From Octopus vulgaris (Eukaryota): a stretch of 64,000 nucleotides of DNA. Both the position numbers and the translations under genes were made by a program. The stretch is from assembly GCA_951406725.2 (NCBI GenBank), contig OX597828.1, positions 73,904,001 through 73,968,000 on the forward strand. The letters run 5' to 3'. Positions 1-13,762 of this stretch are shown piece by piece; position 1 is the stretch's first letter; each line of letters starts with the position of its first letter. The notes beneath the pieces are model-generated. The model did no database searches. It was not told where the DNA came from and saw only the letters and a program-made list of their open reading frames with translations.

Positions 1-1422
1 ATATGAAATATATATCAAAAATATATGGAATATATATTCAATATGTTTATAATCCAGAAACATGATGTTCACAGATAACCGCCAGACTTCGTATTCGTTA
101 TCTATTCCTTCTGTTTTGCATATGTGAATTACAGGGTCTGTCATGCCCGGAGTCCAACTTTGATAGAAATAAGCATTCTTGACTGCTATTTCTATTTTTT
201 CGGTATGCGGTCAAGCAACCTGTTTTGCCTGTCCCTTTTTCTTATATACAATACATATACTGAACTTTACAGAAGTTCCTGCCAGTAATCGGCTATATTT
301 ACATACCGAATTCTACCAGTAAATAATTGGGGTTTTTTAAAAGCCTTTATAGAAATTATTTACTCTTATCACTATATTACTATTTGGATTTTTCACTCCC
401 TTTGACAACCTAACTGTAGTGCGCATGGCAAAATTTTGGACGGAAGATTTATGAATTCAAACGTCTATGTAGGTTTAGCCTTTGCTCACTCTCTTCAAAT
501 ATTTTGATGTCGCATGGTCAGAAGGTTTGAGGTACGTAGCATTTGATAAATCTATGATAAATCTTTTTCAATGGAAAGCTGTGCTGAAGAAGGATGTGAA
601 ATATATTTGCAATATATATGAAATATATATCAAAAATATATGGAATATGTATTCAATATGTTTATAATCCAGAAACATGATGTTCACAGATAACCGCCAG
701 ACTTCGTATTCGTTATCTATTCCTTCTGTTTTGCATATGTGAATTACAGGGTCTGTCATGCCCGGAGTCCAACTTTGATAGAAATAAGCATTCTTGACTG
801 CTATTTCTATTTTTTCGGTATGCGGTCAAGCAACCTGTTTTGCCTGTCCCTTTTTCTCATATACAATATATATACTGAACTTTACAGAAGTTCCTGCCAG
901 TAATCGGCTATATTTACATACCGAATTCTACCAGTAAATAATTGGGTTTTTTTAAAAGCCTTTATAGAAATTATTTACTCTTATCACTATATTACTATTT
1001 GGATTTTTCACTCCCTTTGACAACCTAACTGTAGTGCGCATGGCAAAATTTTGGAGGGAAGATTTATGAATTCAAACGTCTATGTAGGTTTAGCCTTTGC
1101 TCACTCTCTTCAAATATTTTGATGTCGCATGGTCAGAAGGTTTGAGGTACGTAGCATTTGATAAATCTATGATAAATCTTTTTCAATGGAAAGCTGTGCT
1201 GAAGAAGGATGTGAAATACATTTGCAATATATATGAAATATATATCAAAAATATATGGAATATATATTCAATATGTTTATAATCCAGAAACATGATGTTC
1301 ACAGATAACCGCCAGACTTCGTATTCGTTATCTATTCCTTCTGTTTTGCATATGTGAATTACAGGGTCTGTCATGCCCGGAGTCCAACTTTGATAGAAAT
1401 AAGCATTCTTGACTGCTTTTTC

Positions 1423-1426
<4 letters not shown>
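1..1426. repeat. 615-bp tandem repeat, about 2.3 near-identical copies, running off the left window edge
   Basis: atatgaaatatatatcaaaa recurs at 1, 616 and 1231; near-identical ORFs at 482 and 1097; the third copy is truncated into (TA)n. Confidence 0.95.
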
Positions 1427-1483
<57 letters not shown>

Positions 1484-1571
1484 TTATACAAAAAATGTTT
1501 CTTCTAACTACTTGGTAAAATTATTAATTAGTAATTGACTAATTAATTTTTTAGCCTTTTATTATTATTAT

Positions 1572-1616
<45 letters not shown>

Positions 1617-1619
1617 GTT

Positions 1620-1677
<58 letters not shown>

Positions 1678-2906
1678 AAAAAAAAAATATATATATATAT
1701 GTACGTTTGTATATATATATATACGTATGTATGTATACACGCATGCACATATACGTGTATTATACCGCCACAGGCATACGTACCATGTCAATGGTTGTTA
1801 TACGTTTGCTATACAACACGGTTGGCGTGTATGTAGCGACACTTATAAATTCTCGGCGACATTTTATTGCAGATATTTAATGTTTCTTTAATAGTCTTTC
1901 ATGTTGAGTACGAAACCATATTTATGTTTATTACGCAGCCATGTTTAATTGAATTTACTATGGAGCAATGCTTAACTGTGTTTGATACGGAGCAATAACT
2001 TTCGAAGGTCTATTGATATTTCATAACCTTCACGTGCTTATCTTCAGAATGGAGTGATAGTTAACGACGTGTTAAAATGTTTGTAGCATACATAATTCCA
2101 AATTATCTAGAGGAGACATGTTTACTGTATTTTCTGGCATAGAACTTTTCAGACCAAAATTTACATCCGAAATAAGTTAGTCGCTGAGATTAGTGTGGAG
2201 GGCAAAAAATTTCCATCTGAAATTCTGCAGGATTTGGAAAGATAACGATGGTGTTTTGATATTTCCCCAATATTCTATAATGCAGTACACTACTTTGATT
2301 TCTATACTGAAAAATACGATAAGTCCATTGCTATTTCAAGTCCTCGTCCTTATCTTCAGAATGAAATGATGGTAAAAATGCGCTGTTACAACGTTTGTAA
2401 ATTTCACGTTTTCGGGTGTCATTTCGAAAAGACACATGGAACGTTTTCTCATCGAGTCACCACGCATTTAAAACAAGGAGTCATTGCTGTACATTCTGAC
2501 ACAGTCAGACCAACACCATTATATAACAAATATTTACTTGAAAACGCTTTCATCTTATTTAGAATTCCAAATAACTTCAAGTTGTATTACAAGGAAGCTA
2601 CAAAGCGAATATCAACACGCATATATAAATACATCTCACGTGCCAAACTGTGAAAGTAACTAGGAATTAAATGATAAATAAATTTAAAAGCTCTAGCGAC
2701 GTATATGTTTTATCAGTTACAACATCAATCGCATCGCAGTTGTTGGAAGATGAGAGAACAAAGATTTTATACAGCAGAAGAGAGCAAGCAATGATAAAAA
2801 GTATGTACATACATACTTTTTCTCTCATCTCACACACACACACTCTCTCTCTCTCTCACGCACACACACATACACACACACATACACACGCATATATATA
2901 CAGATA

Positions 2907-2960
<54 letters not shown>

Positions 2961-3061
2961 ATTATATACAGCTATAAATTTAGACACACATACACATATA
3001 TATATGAATATATTTTTTACTCTTACGTATATATATATATATAAATATATATATATATACG

Positions 3062-3118
<57 letters not shown>

Positions 3119-3138
3119 AAAAGTAATAATATATTCAC

Positions 3139-3198
<60 letters not shown>

Positions 3199-3583
3199 AG
3201 GTATGTGTCTATATTTATAACTGTATATAATTATATATATACATACATACATATATATATATACACATATATATATCTGTATATATATGCGCGTGTATGT
3301 ATGTGTGTGCGTGTGCGTGTGTGCATGTGCGTGTGTGTGTGTGTATGCACACGCAAATTTAGTACCTGAACACGTGACTGCAAATTCACAAAGCAATTGA
3401 ATACAATGACAGAACGGATCAGGTGCGAGTAGTGGAATATAAGAAAATGAGGGAAAAGCGCAAAAGTGAAACACTTTGTTACATATATCGGACTTTTTTT
3501 CATAAACATAAACACACACACACACACGTATATACATACACACATACATACATAGAAATGCAAGAATATATTTGTATATCTTC

Positions 3584-3648
<65 letters not shown>

Positions 3649-3732
3649 AGGATATATATATATATATATGGATATGTATAAAGATATGTATATATATATA
3701 TATATGTATATGTATATGTATAAATATATATA

Positions 3733-3876
<144 letters not shown>

Positions 3877-4056
3877 GCATATAATCGTATGTCGTAAATA
3901 CTTCATGATTACTCAAGGCGGAACGAGTAAAATCAGTGCGTTTTAATTGAGAATTACATTTCTTTCTTGTTTTTGTCTATATTCGGCTTCAGATACAATA
4001 ATAATGATATACCTGTTGATTATTTTGTCATATACACGTATATACATACGTACATA

Positions 4057-4114
<58 letters not shown>

Positions 4115-4142
4115 TTCATATAAATGCATATATTTATATATT

Positions 4143-4211
<69 letters not shown>

Positions 4212-4447
4212 ATATGTATAAACGCATATGTATGTACGCACGTATGTGTTTAAATGTTTTTTTGCTATATATTTTGTAAACTTATCACATGCGGTTTTCA
4301 GGTTTTTGTATATCTATTTCGAGAATGAGATGTTTATATACTGCAAAAGATCTACTGCTCAATAAAAAATATTACAACACACACACTTCTACAAACATAT
4401 ACAGAAGCATATATTTGTGGTTGTGTGTGTATATATATATATATATA

Positions 4448-5237
4448 CAGTGTGCGATGGTTAAATTAACGCTATTTTCGTGCATGCGCATTGTTTGTTT
4501 TTGGTTTTGTTGACTACACAGTATAATAGGGTCAGTTGGATACCGTCTGTGAGAAAAACAGCACCAAGACACAATTCACTCTGCCAGAAATTTGGTAACG
4601 ACATGTTGTACTGCTTGACATTCGCGACAGACGCTCCAATACAAATATTTCAATGTGTTTGGGTGTCGATCTAAGGACAATACAATCTGGGGACAGTTCA
4701 ATCTGAGGACATGTACCGAGGATGATAAAAATCAAACATCCAATCAACATCATTGTGTTTGGAGTGGTCACTAGTGGCGACTAGATGGCGACGTTATGCC
4801 TCCATTCATTTACCTTCACGGACTCACACTCAACGTGGAGGCCTACATCTAGTACCTGCCCTGGGTCAAAAGGGTGGCTGCTGGAAGACCCTATGTCAGA
4901 CACTTTCTGCGACCACATCACCCCTAACATCTGGCCACATAACTCCCAGACTGCAATCCCTTGATTATTATAGGTGGAACGCAGCTAAGCGAGAGACCAA
5001 GAAAACTCCAAGGCAAGGACTATAGCATCATTCACCAACATAAAGAAGGCGACCGTCCAAGAGATTCCGAAGACGTCTGGAGGCCGTGGTTGAAAGCAAT
5101 GGCGATGTTATTGAATAGATTTACTCTTTAGTATTTCAAGATATTTTTACGTAATTTTGGTAAATATATCTGTTAAAATGAGATATCAGTGTTACTTTCA
5201 CTTTTGCGTGATTCAGAGTTTATTCACAGCACCCTGT
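4448..5237 (+). mobile_element. Internally deleted Tc1/mariner (maT/DD37D-like) remnant
   Basis: Broken frames give KIKHPINIIVFGVVTS, PWVKRVAAGRPYV, FCDHITPNIWP-NS-DCNPLDYY and [13 protein letters not shown]; ends tacagtgtgc...gcaccctgt resemble degenerate TIRs. Confidence 0.8.
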
Positions 5238-5269
5238 GTGTATATATATATACATATACATATATACAT

Positions 5270-5336
<67 letters not shown>

Positions 5337-5341
5337 TACAT

Positions 5342-5382
<41 letters not shown>

Positions 5383-5385
5383 GTT

Positions 5386-5663
5386 TTGTTCCTTCTCGAG
5401 CCACACCTGGTTCATAAGGGTGTATAGGTTCTCCACCTGGATGGGACGCCAGTCTGTCTCAGGTGAGCTGCAAAATGCAGGAGGAAAGAGTGAGAGAAAG
5501 TTGTGACGAAAGAGTCAGCAGAAGTTCGCTATTACCTTCTGCCGGAGCCGCGTGGAGCATAAGTGCTTCGCTCATAAACACACACATCGCCCCGTCTGAG
5601 ATTCGAACCCACGATCTCTCGACCGCGAGTCCGCTTCTCTAGCCACTAGGCTATGTGCCACCA
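5386..5663 (-). mobile_element. tRNA-derived SINE (family C)
   Basis: Minus strand begins ggcacatagcctagtggctagag...ggttcgaatctc (A and B boxes); body similar to 38828-39214. Confidence 0.8.
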
Positions 5664-6346
5664 CACACACACATACACACACTCACACACACACATATAT
5701 ATATATACGACGGGAGTAGACGACACCTGCTCATGGTGCTGCGCAGTGGAACTGAACCCAGTCCCATGTGGTTGGGAAACAAGTTTCTTACCACAGAGCA
5801 ACGCCTGTATTACATTTTAATTTATATATTTTTAGTATTTCTTTTCTATTGCTGTTGATTTGTTGGTTTCATTATTTCTAAATGTGAAACAGGTCGACAT
5901 CGTTGATTATTATCGCCGTTGATTTGACATCGACGACGCGGAATACCGTCTTGGCTTAATCTGTGTTGCTTGTTTACGATACACGAAGAAAAATATTTGA
6001 AATATGAAGGAAATGTAATTCTGATAGATTAAGTAATTAAGATGGATTAAGTACGGCATCGGTTGTTTAATGCTAGAAATGTGTAATTGATTTATTTCAC
6101 AGGCGCACGCGAAACCACATGCACTCATATATATATATATATACGCACAAAAATACCCCTTCACGCACACACAAATGCACGTATCTTAACACACACACAT
6201 ATTTCCAAACACACGAAGTAATAAAGATATAGATACCTAGAGTAATAGTCATACAAATACATTGACTGAGAGTTCCCTATGCATTTGTGTGTGTATGCTT
6301 GTGTGTGCACGTGCATGTATGCGTGTATAAATAAATATATATACAT

Positions 6347-6608
<262 letters not shown>

Positions 6609-6653
6609 TGAAGATAGATATTCACTATATAAATAGATACATATATATATATA

Positions 6654-7498
6654 CTAGCAGAATTGCCCGGCGTTGCTCGGGGCTGAATTGCTTGAAAGTA
6701 CTGTTAATGATTGCACTGAATTATGATGATTATTCAGGCAAATATTGATATAAGTTTACGGTGGGAGATAAGGACTTAACGATCAAACGTGTGCCATTGC
6801 ATTGTTTTGGGGGAACCAAATTTCTGATGAGCATTATAGGGGCACCAACTTTAAGTTTGAGAAAGTGTGGTGGTAGTCCGGGGTGCTCAAAGGAATTGAG
6901 TACCTCTATTGGATAGTTGATGACGTCCTCTGGGTCAGGAGTTGTATCGATAGACTGATATACATAGACTTCCCCAGGAATGAGTTTTAGCATTTCATCA
7001 TTAATATGGTGAACAGTTTTATTCCTCGAGGCCAGTATAGCCTTTTTGCCAATTCAATCCATATTCTGATAATTAGCTTGTAGATCTGGGAACACTGCAT
7101 CTCTGAGATCAGAAGGCGTCTTAACAATGGTACAAATGGAATCGATGGCAATATTACCATTTTCATCCCCTGGTATTTTGCCTTCGCCAAGTGCAAGGAG
7201 GGTGTGAGGAAATGCTGCTGATGTGATATTACGTCGCATATGAGCACGCATATTGGTGTGAAGTTTGAGAGTTACTTCCCTTTATTAAAAAAAATATGCA
7301 TTAAAATGGAAAAAAATGATGGTAAATTATTTGTAAAATCATAGACTCATCGTAGACGCGCGCTAATACCCAGAAGGGCTCGATATGAATCACGACTATA
7401 AGATACCCGGTTTTGGTTAAACTGCATCGCAAAATGTGGGAGTAGTTAGGAATCTAAATCGGAGTAGACAGACACACAACCTTTCTTTTATATATAAA
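6654..7498 (-). mobile_element. Non-autonomous Helitron carrying a Pif1-type helicase fragment
   Basis: Minus-strand 3' end cccgagcaacgccggg hairpin followed by CTAG|T; 5' end T(T)tatatataaaag; sits in an A|T target; ORF 6730-6993 PIEVLNS..GLPPH.LKLKVGAPIMLIRNL...CNGTRLIV is Pif1/RepHel-like. Confidence 0.9.
6730..7260 (-). pseudogene. Pif1-like helicase fragment of Helitron RepHel (frameshifted)
   Basis: NMRAH...FPHTLLALGEG...DAVFPDL followed by LKLKVGAPIMLIRNL/CNGTRL motifs. Confidence 0.88.
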
Positions 7499-8178
7499 TA
7501 TTTTCGTCCTAAAAAACTTTGTATGGATTGAATGGTTACCTCTATGGAAATATATACACGCACATTATACATACATGTGTGTATAGATGAATATATAAAT
7601 ACATTTAAATATCTATATACACTTTTGGACGATCTTTCTGTTTCTTAGAGATAACTTTAGATCTTATTTTCGTCCTAAAAAACTTTGTATGGAGTGAATG
7701 GTTACCTCTATGGAAATATATACACACACGTTATACATACATGTGTGCATAGATGAATATATAAATACATTTATATATCTATATACACTTTTGGGCGATC
7801 TTTGTGCTACTTAGAGATAACTTTAGATCTTATTTTCGTCCTAAAAAACTTTGTGCGGAGTGAATGGTTACGTCTATAGAAATATATACATACACATTAT
7901 ACATACATCTGTGTATAGATGAATATATAAATACATTTAAATATCTATATACACTTTTGGGCGATCTTTCTGCTACTTGTATATACTTTAGATCTTATAT
8001 TCGTCCTAAAAAACTTTGCATGGAGTGAAAGGTTACCTCTATGGAAATATATACACACACATTATACATACAGCTGTGTATAGATGAATATATAAATACA
8101 TTTAAATATCTATATACACTTTTAGGCGATCTTTTTGCTACTTGGATATAGGTCTTATATTCGTCCTAAAAAACTTTC
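7499..8178. repeat. About 166-bp tandem repeat, about 4 diverged copies
   Basis: cgtcctaaaaaacttt at 7505, 7671, 7837, 8002 and 8162. Confidence 0.93.
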
Positions 8179-8339
8179 CTGTCACACACTCACGCACACG
8201 CACACATACACACACACACACGCACCCTCACACACACACACGCACACACACACACTCACACACACGCACGTTAGCTTACAATTTTATTTATATATTTGCG
8301 TGTCTATGTGTGTAAAGAGGAAGTGGGAGGCAGAGTGAA

Positions 8340-8630
8340 AGAGTCACTCACTACAGAAGGTGAATTACTTTCACTTTATTCGTTGCACACTGTGTGTGTG
8401 CATTTGCGTGTGCTGTATCCCACACTAAGAGAAGCATTTGACTCATACGCGACAATGTGAGTTTTCTCTAAATTTTGCTTAATTGGGGTTGAAATTTTAA
8501 AAAGTGGACCTGGCACGACCCGATGCATTCTACTCTTAAAAATGCTAGGTAAATTGTAATTGAAGAAATCCTATATTGTAGATTTCTATAAGATACAAAG
8601 GGAGGCAGATAAAATCTGCCTTTTATAATA

Positions 8631-8633
<3 letters not shown>
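8340..8633 (-). mobile_element. Helitron-like 5' terminal fragment
   Basis: Minus strand starts A|TCttattataaaa followed by the subterminal hairpin ggcagat-ttt-atctgcc (8604-8620). Confidence 0.5.
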
Positions 8634-8674
<41 letters not shown>

Positions 8675-8679
8675 ATATA

Positions 8680-10110
8680 TATCTAAGTTAGATAATTTAG
8701 ATATGTTTCTACCAAAGATTGGCCCAGGCCATAGGATAAGCTGAATCCTTTTTAAGTCAAGTCTTGTGGTATCATGGTCCATTCGAGTAGGGAGTTCTTG
8801 TTGAGTGGGTTGTATCCAGGTATACGTGGCTTATTTGTCCCGATTTCGTTTAAAGGTGATGAGTTCCTTTTCCTCTTTGATCTGTTTTGGGACAACTTTA
8901 AATAGGGCAGGGCCTGTTGAGGAAAAGAAATTGTGTTGCGGTGTATTTATGTGTTGTGATCCTGAATTGGGTATGGGATGTATGGCCCGTGGTCCTAGCC
9001 TTGGATGAATTTTGAAGCTAATCTTGAGGTCGTTTGGACAATGCTTGTGGTATTTTTTCCACAGTGTGCAAATGATGTATCACTCATTGCAGCACTGGAG
9101 AGAAAAGAGCTTCAATGCTTTAAAGCAACCCCAATAATCGAGGTCAGTCATGCCCTTAATTCTTTTAGTGAATGACCTGTGGGGTGATTCAATTTTGGAA
9201 ATGTTTTGTTTGGGATGAGGAAACCATAGGGGGCAGCAGTATTTGGGGTGTGGCTGTATAAAGGAGGAGGAAGAGGAATGATGACAGCTTGTTCTCTGGA
9301 CCGGAAGGTTCTTAGGATCCAGGAGCTCATCTTTATCAACTTTATTGTTGATGTGGGCACTCCAGCTGAGATTGCTTTCAACAATTATTCCCAGGTCTCT
9401 GATATTATTAGATGTTGTGAGTGGTTCCCCTGAAGGAAGAGAGTATGGCTGTTGTAGCCATATTCTTTCTTCCAAAATGCATCAGCTCAGTTTTTCCCTC
9501 GTTTAGTTTTTGTCTGCCCATTGACTCACCGCATGTAGATCAGACTGGAGTTGAGTTTGGTCTTCTTCTTCATTGATAATTTTCTGGAGCTTAGAGTCAT
9601 CGGTGAATATTTTCACTTTGCTGTGTTGTTTATATAGACTACAAAGAGAAGCGGGGCCCAAGACAGTCCCCTGAAAGACACCACTGGTGACTTTTGCTGG
9701 GTTTGAGTGGATTTCACCGATCACAACATGTGCTCTGTTCTCCGGAAATCCTCAGTCCAGTGTAGGAGTTTTCCATGGATTCCAATATTTGACAATAGGA
9801 TATTATGGTCGACTCTGTTGAATGTTTTACTGAAGTCAAGATATATGACATCAGAGTTTGAACCTGATCCCATGCCTTTAAAGATATCATTGATGTGGTG
9901 TAAGAGCTGTCCCTGTTGCAGTGAAAGCCATTCTGGTTTCAATTTAGGAGATTGTTGTTCTTCAGGAAACCAACTGTCCTTGATTGCACCACCCTTTCAA
10001 ACACTTTAATAATATAGGAAGTGAGTGAGATTGGGCGATAGTTGACTGCGAGAGATCTGTTCCACTGTTTGAAAACCAGGATGACAGACGGGGATAAGAG
10101 CTGTTTCGGT
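8680..10110 (-). mobile_element. Decayed CR1/Jockey-group LINE ORF2 (RT domain and C-terminus)
   Basis: YRPISLTS, DVIYLDFSKTFNRVDH, SGVFQGTVLGP, FTDDSKL, DLGIIVESNLSWSAHI and YCCPLWFP in broken minus frames. Confidence 0.9.
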
Positions 10111-10139
10111 ATATGACCTGAATCTAAATAATTATATAT

Positions 10140-10310
10140 AGTCTATATAAAACAACTTTCCAGCGTCATAAAACACAATGAAGTGAAAATATTCACTGAT
10201 GACTTCAAGCTCCAGAAACTTACCAATGCAGAAGAAGACTGAATGGAATTCTAGTCTGATCTACATGCAGTGAGTCAATGGGCAGACAAAAACAATATGC
10301 AACTGAACGT
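10140..10310 (+). mobile_element. Second CR1 RT fragment in opposite orientation
   Basis: VKIFTDDFKLQK...SDLHAVSQWADKNNMQLN; diverged reverse complement of about 9505-9640. Confidence 0.75.
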
Positions 10311-10419
10311 AGGTTCAGTTCCACTGCGTGGCACCTTGGCAATGTGTCTGCTACTAAAGCCTCAGGCCGACCAAATCCTTGTGTGTCTATTTGGCAGACG
10401 GAAACTGAAAGAAGCACGT

Positions 10420-10472
<53 letters not shown>

Positions 10473-10697
10473 ATTTACATATATATATATACACATATTT
10501 ATGTGTGTGTGTCTGTGTTTGTCACCCCACCATCGCTTGACAGCCGATATTGGTGTGTTTACGCCCCCGTAACTTAGCGGTTCGGCATAGCACACCGATA
10601 GAATAAGTACTAGACACAAAGAATAAGTCATGAGGTCGATTTCTTTGACTAAAAGCGGTTCTCCGGCATGGTCGCAGTTAAATGACTGAAACATATA
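10311..10697 (+). mobile_element. SINE family A, 5'-truncated
   Basis: Matches full copy 26785-27252 from ggttcagt onward, with a central (TA)n(TG)n tract. Confidence 0.85.
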
Positions 10698-10702
10698 AAA
10701 TG

Positions 10703-10828
<126 letters not shown>

Positions 10829-10833
10829 ATATG

Positions 10834-10879
<46 letters not shown>

Positions 10880-11049
10880 TATACATACATATATATATAT
10901 ATATATATAATTACATACATATATATGTATATATATATGTGTGTATATATATATTATATAATACTTTACATGTACCATGTCCATGTTTTGTTACTTTTTG
11001 TGTTTGTTCTTCGTTTTTGGGGGGATATATATATATATATATGCATATA

Positions 11050-11275
11050 CACGGCGGCCCAAAAGTATTTTACTGTTATCACGTAGGCACTACAATGTAC
11101 TTTTAAAACATTTTATTACATTTAAATTTCTATCTTACAAACTGAAAAGGTAGCTTCACAAAATTAACTAAATTACCATAGAATAATGATTTCATATCTT
11201 TTTATAATTGAAATCTAAACTGTTAGCATCCGAATGCGAAATATATAACTGTAAATCTACTTTTGGGCCACTCTC
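11050..11275. mobile_element. MITE (Tc1/mariner type)
   Basis: TIRs ggcccaaaagtattttactgtt and aactgtaaatctacttttgggcc; preceded by TA. Confidence 0.65.
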
Positions 11276-11911
11276 TCTCTCTATATATATATATATATGT
11301 GTGTGTGTGTATACACACGTGTATGTATGTCTGTATGTATGTATATAATATACCGGAATCCATGTATGTATGTATGCGTATGTCTGTGTTTGTTCATGAC
11401 TGTTTGTGTGGGGGGAGGAGTATATGTAAGCCAAAGAAAATATAACTGAAAGTCAAATGAAAAGAGAACCGAAATCCATTTCAAAAAGCTTTGTTAGAAT
11501 TTCTTCATAGAAATTCTGCAAACAAAAGAATACATTTCATGTTGCAAAGAAAGACAGAATCGTAATGTTTCGTGGTGAACCTTTCTTCGAAAACAGCTGA
11601 CACAGCTGCGGGCATTAGGAAATGGATATACGCATGAAGAAAGAAATATATATATCTTCGCTTTTAATATCCTTCCATGCCATTTGATATTTCAGTTTTC
11701 CAATCGTCTCAGATTCCTCATAACATGATATCTATTTACACGTTAGGACAAGTTTCATTAGATTTTGCCTACAAACAGCAAAACCAATTCCATAGAATTG
11801 TGCAAATTTAACTTCACAGTTTTAAAAATTCTATATTTTTGGTTTCAGGATTTTATATATTAGGCGCAGGAGTGGCTATGTGGTAAGTAGCTTGCATACT
11901 ACGCATGCGTG

Positions 11912-13221
11912 AGTTTGTCAGTCACTTACGAGAGTGAACGCTATCAAGACGGGCTTGGAAACCGGCTTGAATTAAAGAACCGTCGAAGGCTCGACTGCAA
12001 AGTAGGCATCTGCCTTTTTAGGAATTCGGTGGGGAGTTTTTATTTTTTTGATATTGTTTTGTACTCGAATAAGAAGTCCTCACTGGGTCTTAGACATTTG
12101 TCTGCTGCGGTCGCGCCGAGTGACTCACTTATCTGTGAGAATTGTTATTTTGGTGGGCATGTCTCGATACCAACATTTGGAAAATTTATGAATTCATGGA
12201 GGAATTTTTGTGTGCTGCGACGATGAACTGGAGTACCTGTATTCTTGTGGATTACCTGAATGGTGGAATTGTGTTGCCGTGAATTGAACTGTCTTCCTTC
12301 GTTCTTTTTCTCTGCTCTGTTTTTCTGTTCTTTTTATTTGGGCTTTTTATTTGGAACATTTTGGATTTTGTGTAGTTTTTCTTTAGTTTTTCTTTTGCAA
12401 GTATGGCAACAAAAAACACTGTATTGGAATGGCAAATTGTGGCCCCCAAGCAGTGGGAAAAACTTTAATGAGAGAACGGTGGTGTTGAGGACATATTCTA
12501 AGTCCCTCGATACCATCACTGTGTTCTTTCAGACGGACATTGAAAAGGAGTTGGCAGAATATCTGCTAACTATTAAGTTTACGGCAAGGGGTGTGAAATA
12601 TGCAATGGTGTGGTTGCTGTTTGACACCCCTGGGGTGCTCGAGATTTTGTGAGCCAAACCTTGGAAGGGGAAAATATTCTGTTTCTCCCCACATATGGTG
12701 GGAGGAAATTGTCAAGAGCTTGGGTGTGTGGATTGCCACACGGAATAGAGCCTGAATGGATAGAAGACACTATCCGTCGGGGTCTGGGTGGCAGCAGAGC
12801 TAAGCTCTTAAATGGCAAAATTCTGCCTGCAACTGATTGGGTGGGGTAGAAAGCAGTTTTGACCCTGTCGACCCAATTAGCTGATAATCTGGTTATTCCA
12901 GATTTTTTGAGGATGGCTGGGTGCAGGTACCCGGTGATTCTTCAGGGTCTCCTCTCTCCCAGGTGTCATCGGTGCCTGGAGCCTGGCCATATAAAGAAAA
13001 ATTGTCCTCAGGAACAAAGTAAGGTTCTGGAGCAGTTGATGGAGACTTCTGTAGAAGGAACAAAGGCGGCCGAGGGGGCGGAAGACTCCTCAAAGAAGTG
13101 GAAGGTGAACAATAATGGGTGCTCACCGAAGATGAGAGAGGGGAGGCGAATCTTCCGCTGTGTGTGTGTGTGTGTGTGTGTGTGTGCCTATGTGTGTGTC
13201 TGTGTGTGTTTGTGCCTGTGT
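11912..13221 (+). mobile_element. L1/Tx1-like retroelement with 5'UTR, ORF1 only and a (TG)-rich tail
   Basis: 13-bp direct repeat ctacgcatgcgtg at 11899-11911 and 13222-13234; ORF1 remnant with a CCHC knuckle. Confidence 0.75.
12403..13160 (+). pseudogene. Tx1/L1-type ORF1 (gag-like; RRM-like region plus zinc knuckle), disrupted
   Basis: MATKNTV... then WVCGLPHGIEPEWIEDTI and IPDFLRMAGCRYPVILQG...CHRCLEPGHIKKNC (C-X2-C-X4-H-X4-C); frameshifts and a stop at about 12847. Confidence 0.75.
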
Positions 13222-13450
13222 CTACGCATGCGTGTCTGTGCTTGTGTTTCTCAAATGCCCACAGTGTTGGTTTGTTTATGTCCTCGTAACGTAGGGTTAC
13301 GCCTAAAGAAATCGACGGAAGAAATAGCAGACGTTAACAACAATATCAAAAGTACTTGAGATGATTTGTTTTGAAGGCGATGCTCCAGTATGGTCGCAGT
13401 CAAATTACTAAAACAAGTAAAAGATAGATAATATAAGATAGATATATATT

Positions 13451-13520
<70 letters not shown>

Positions 13521-13724
13521 CATATATTGGTGCCTACCAAATTTGAACAGACTCAAGTATAACACGCCGAAACTGTAAGGATTATTGGAAGCTTGACTGA
13601 TGAAAGAAAGCCAGGAGTCTTCTGTCCTGGATTTTGCTGTCCGTCTTTACATCGTCTATCTGTCTGTATGTTTTTAGTGTCCTCCGTTACGTTCTTATTC
13701 CGTTTATTGGGATTTGTATGTATG

Positions 13725-13757
<33 letters not shown>

Positions 13758-13762
13758 GTATA

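Larger units (their letters stand above)
11863..13427 (+). mobile_element. SINE family A split by an insertion (head 11863-11898, tail about 13235-13427)
   Basis: Head ggcgcaggagtggctatgtggtaagtagcttgc and tail ...ctccagtatggtcgcagtcaaat...aaacaagtaaaaga. Confidence 0.7.

Noticed and set aside
6730-7260. Host PIF1 gene
   Set aside because: Fragmentary and enclosed by Helitron termini
7499-8178. CRISPR-like periodicity
   Set aside because: Whole units repeat with no unique spacers; eukaryotic context
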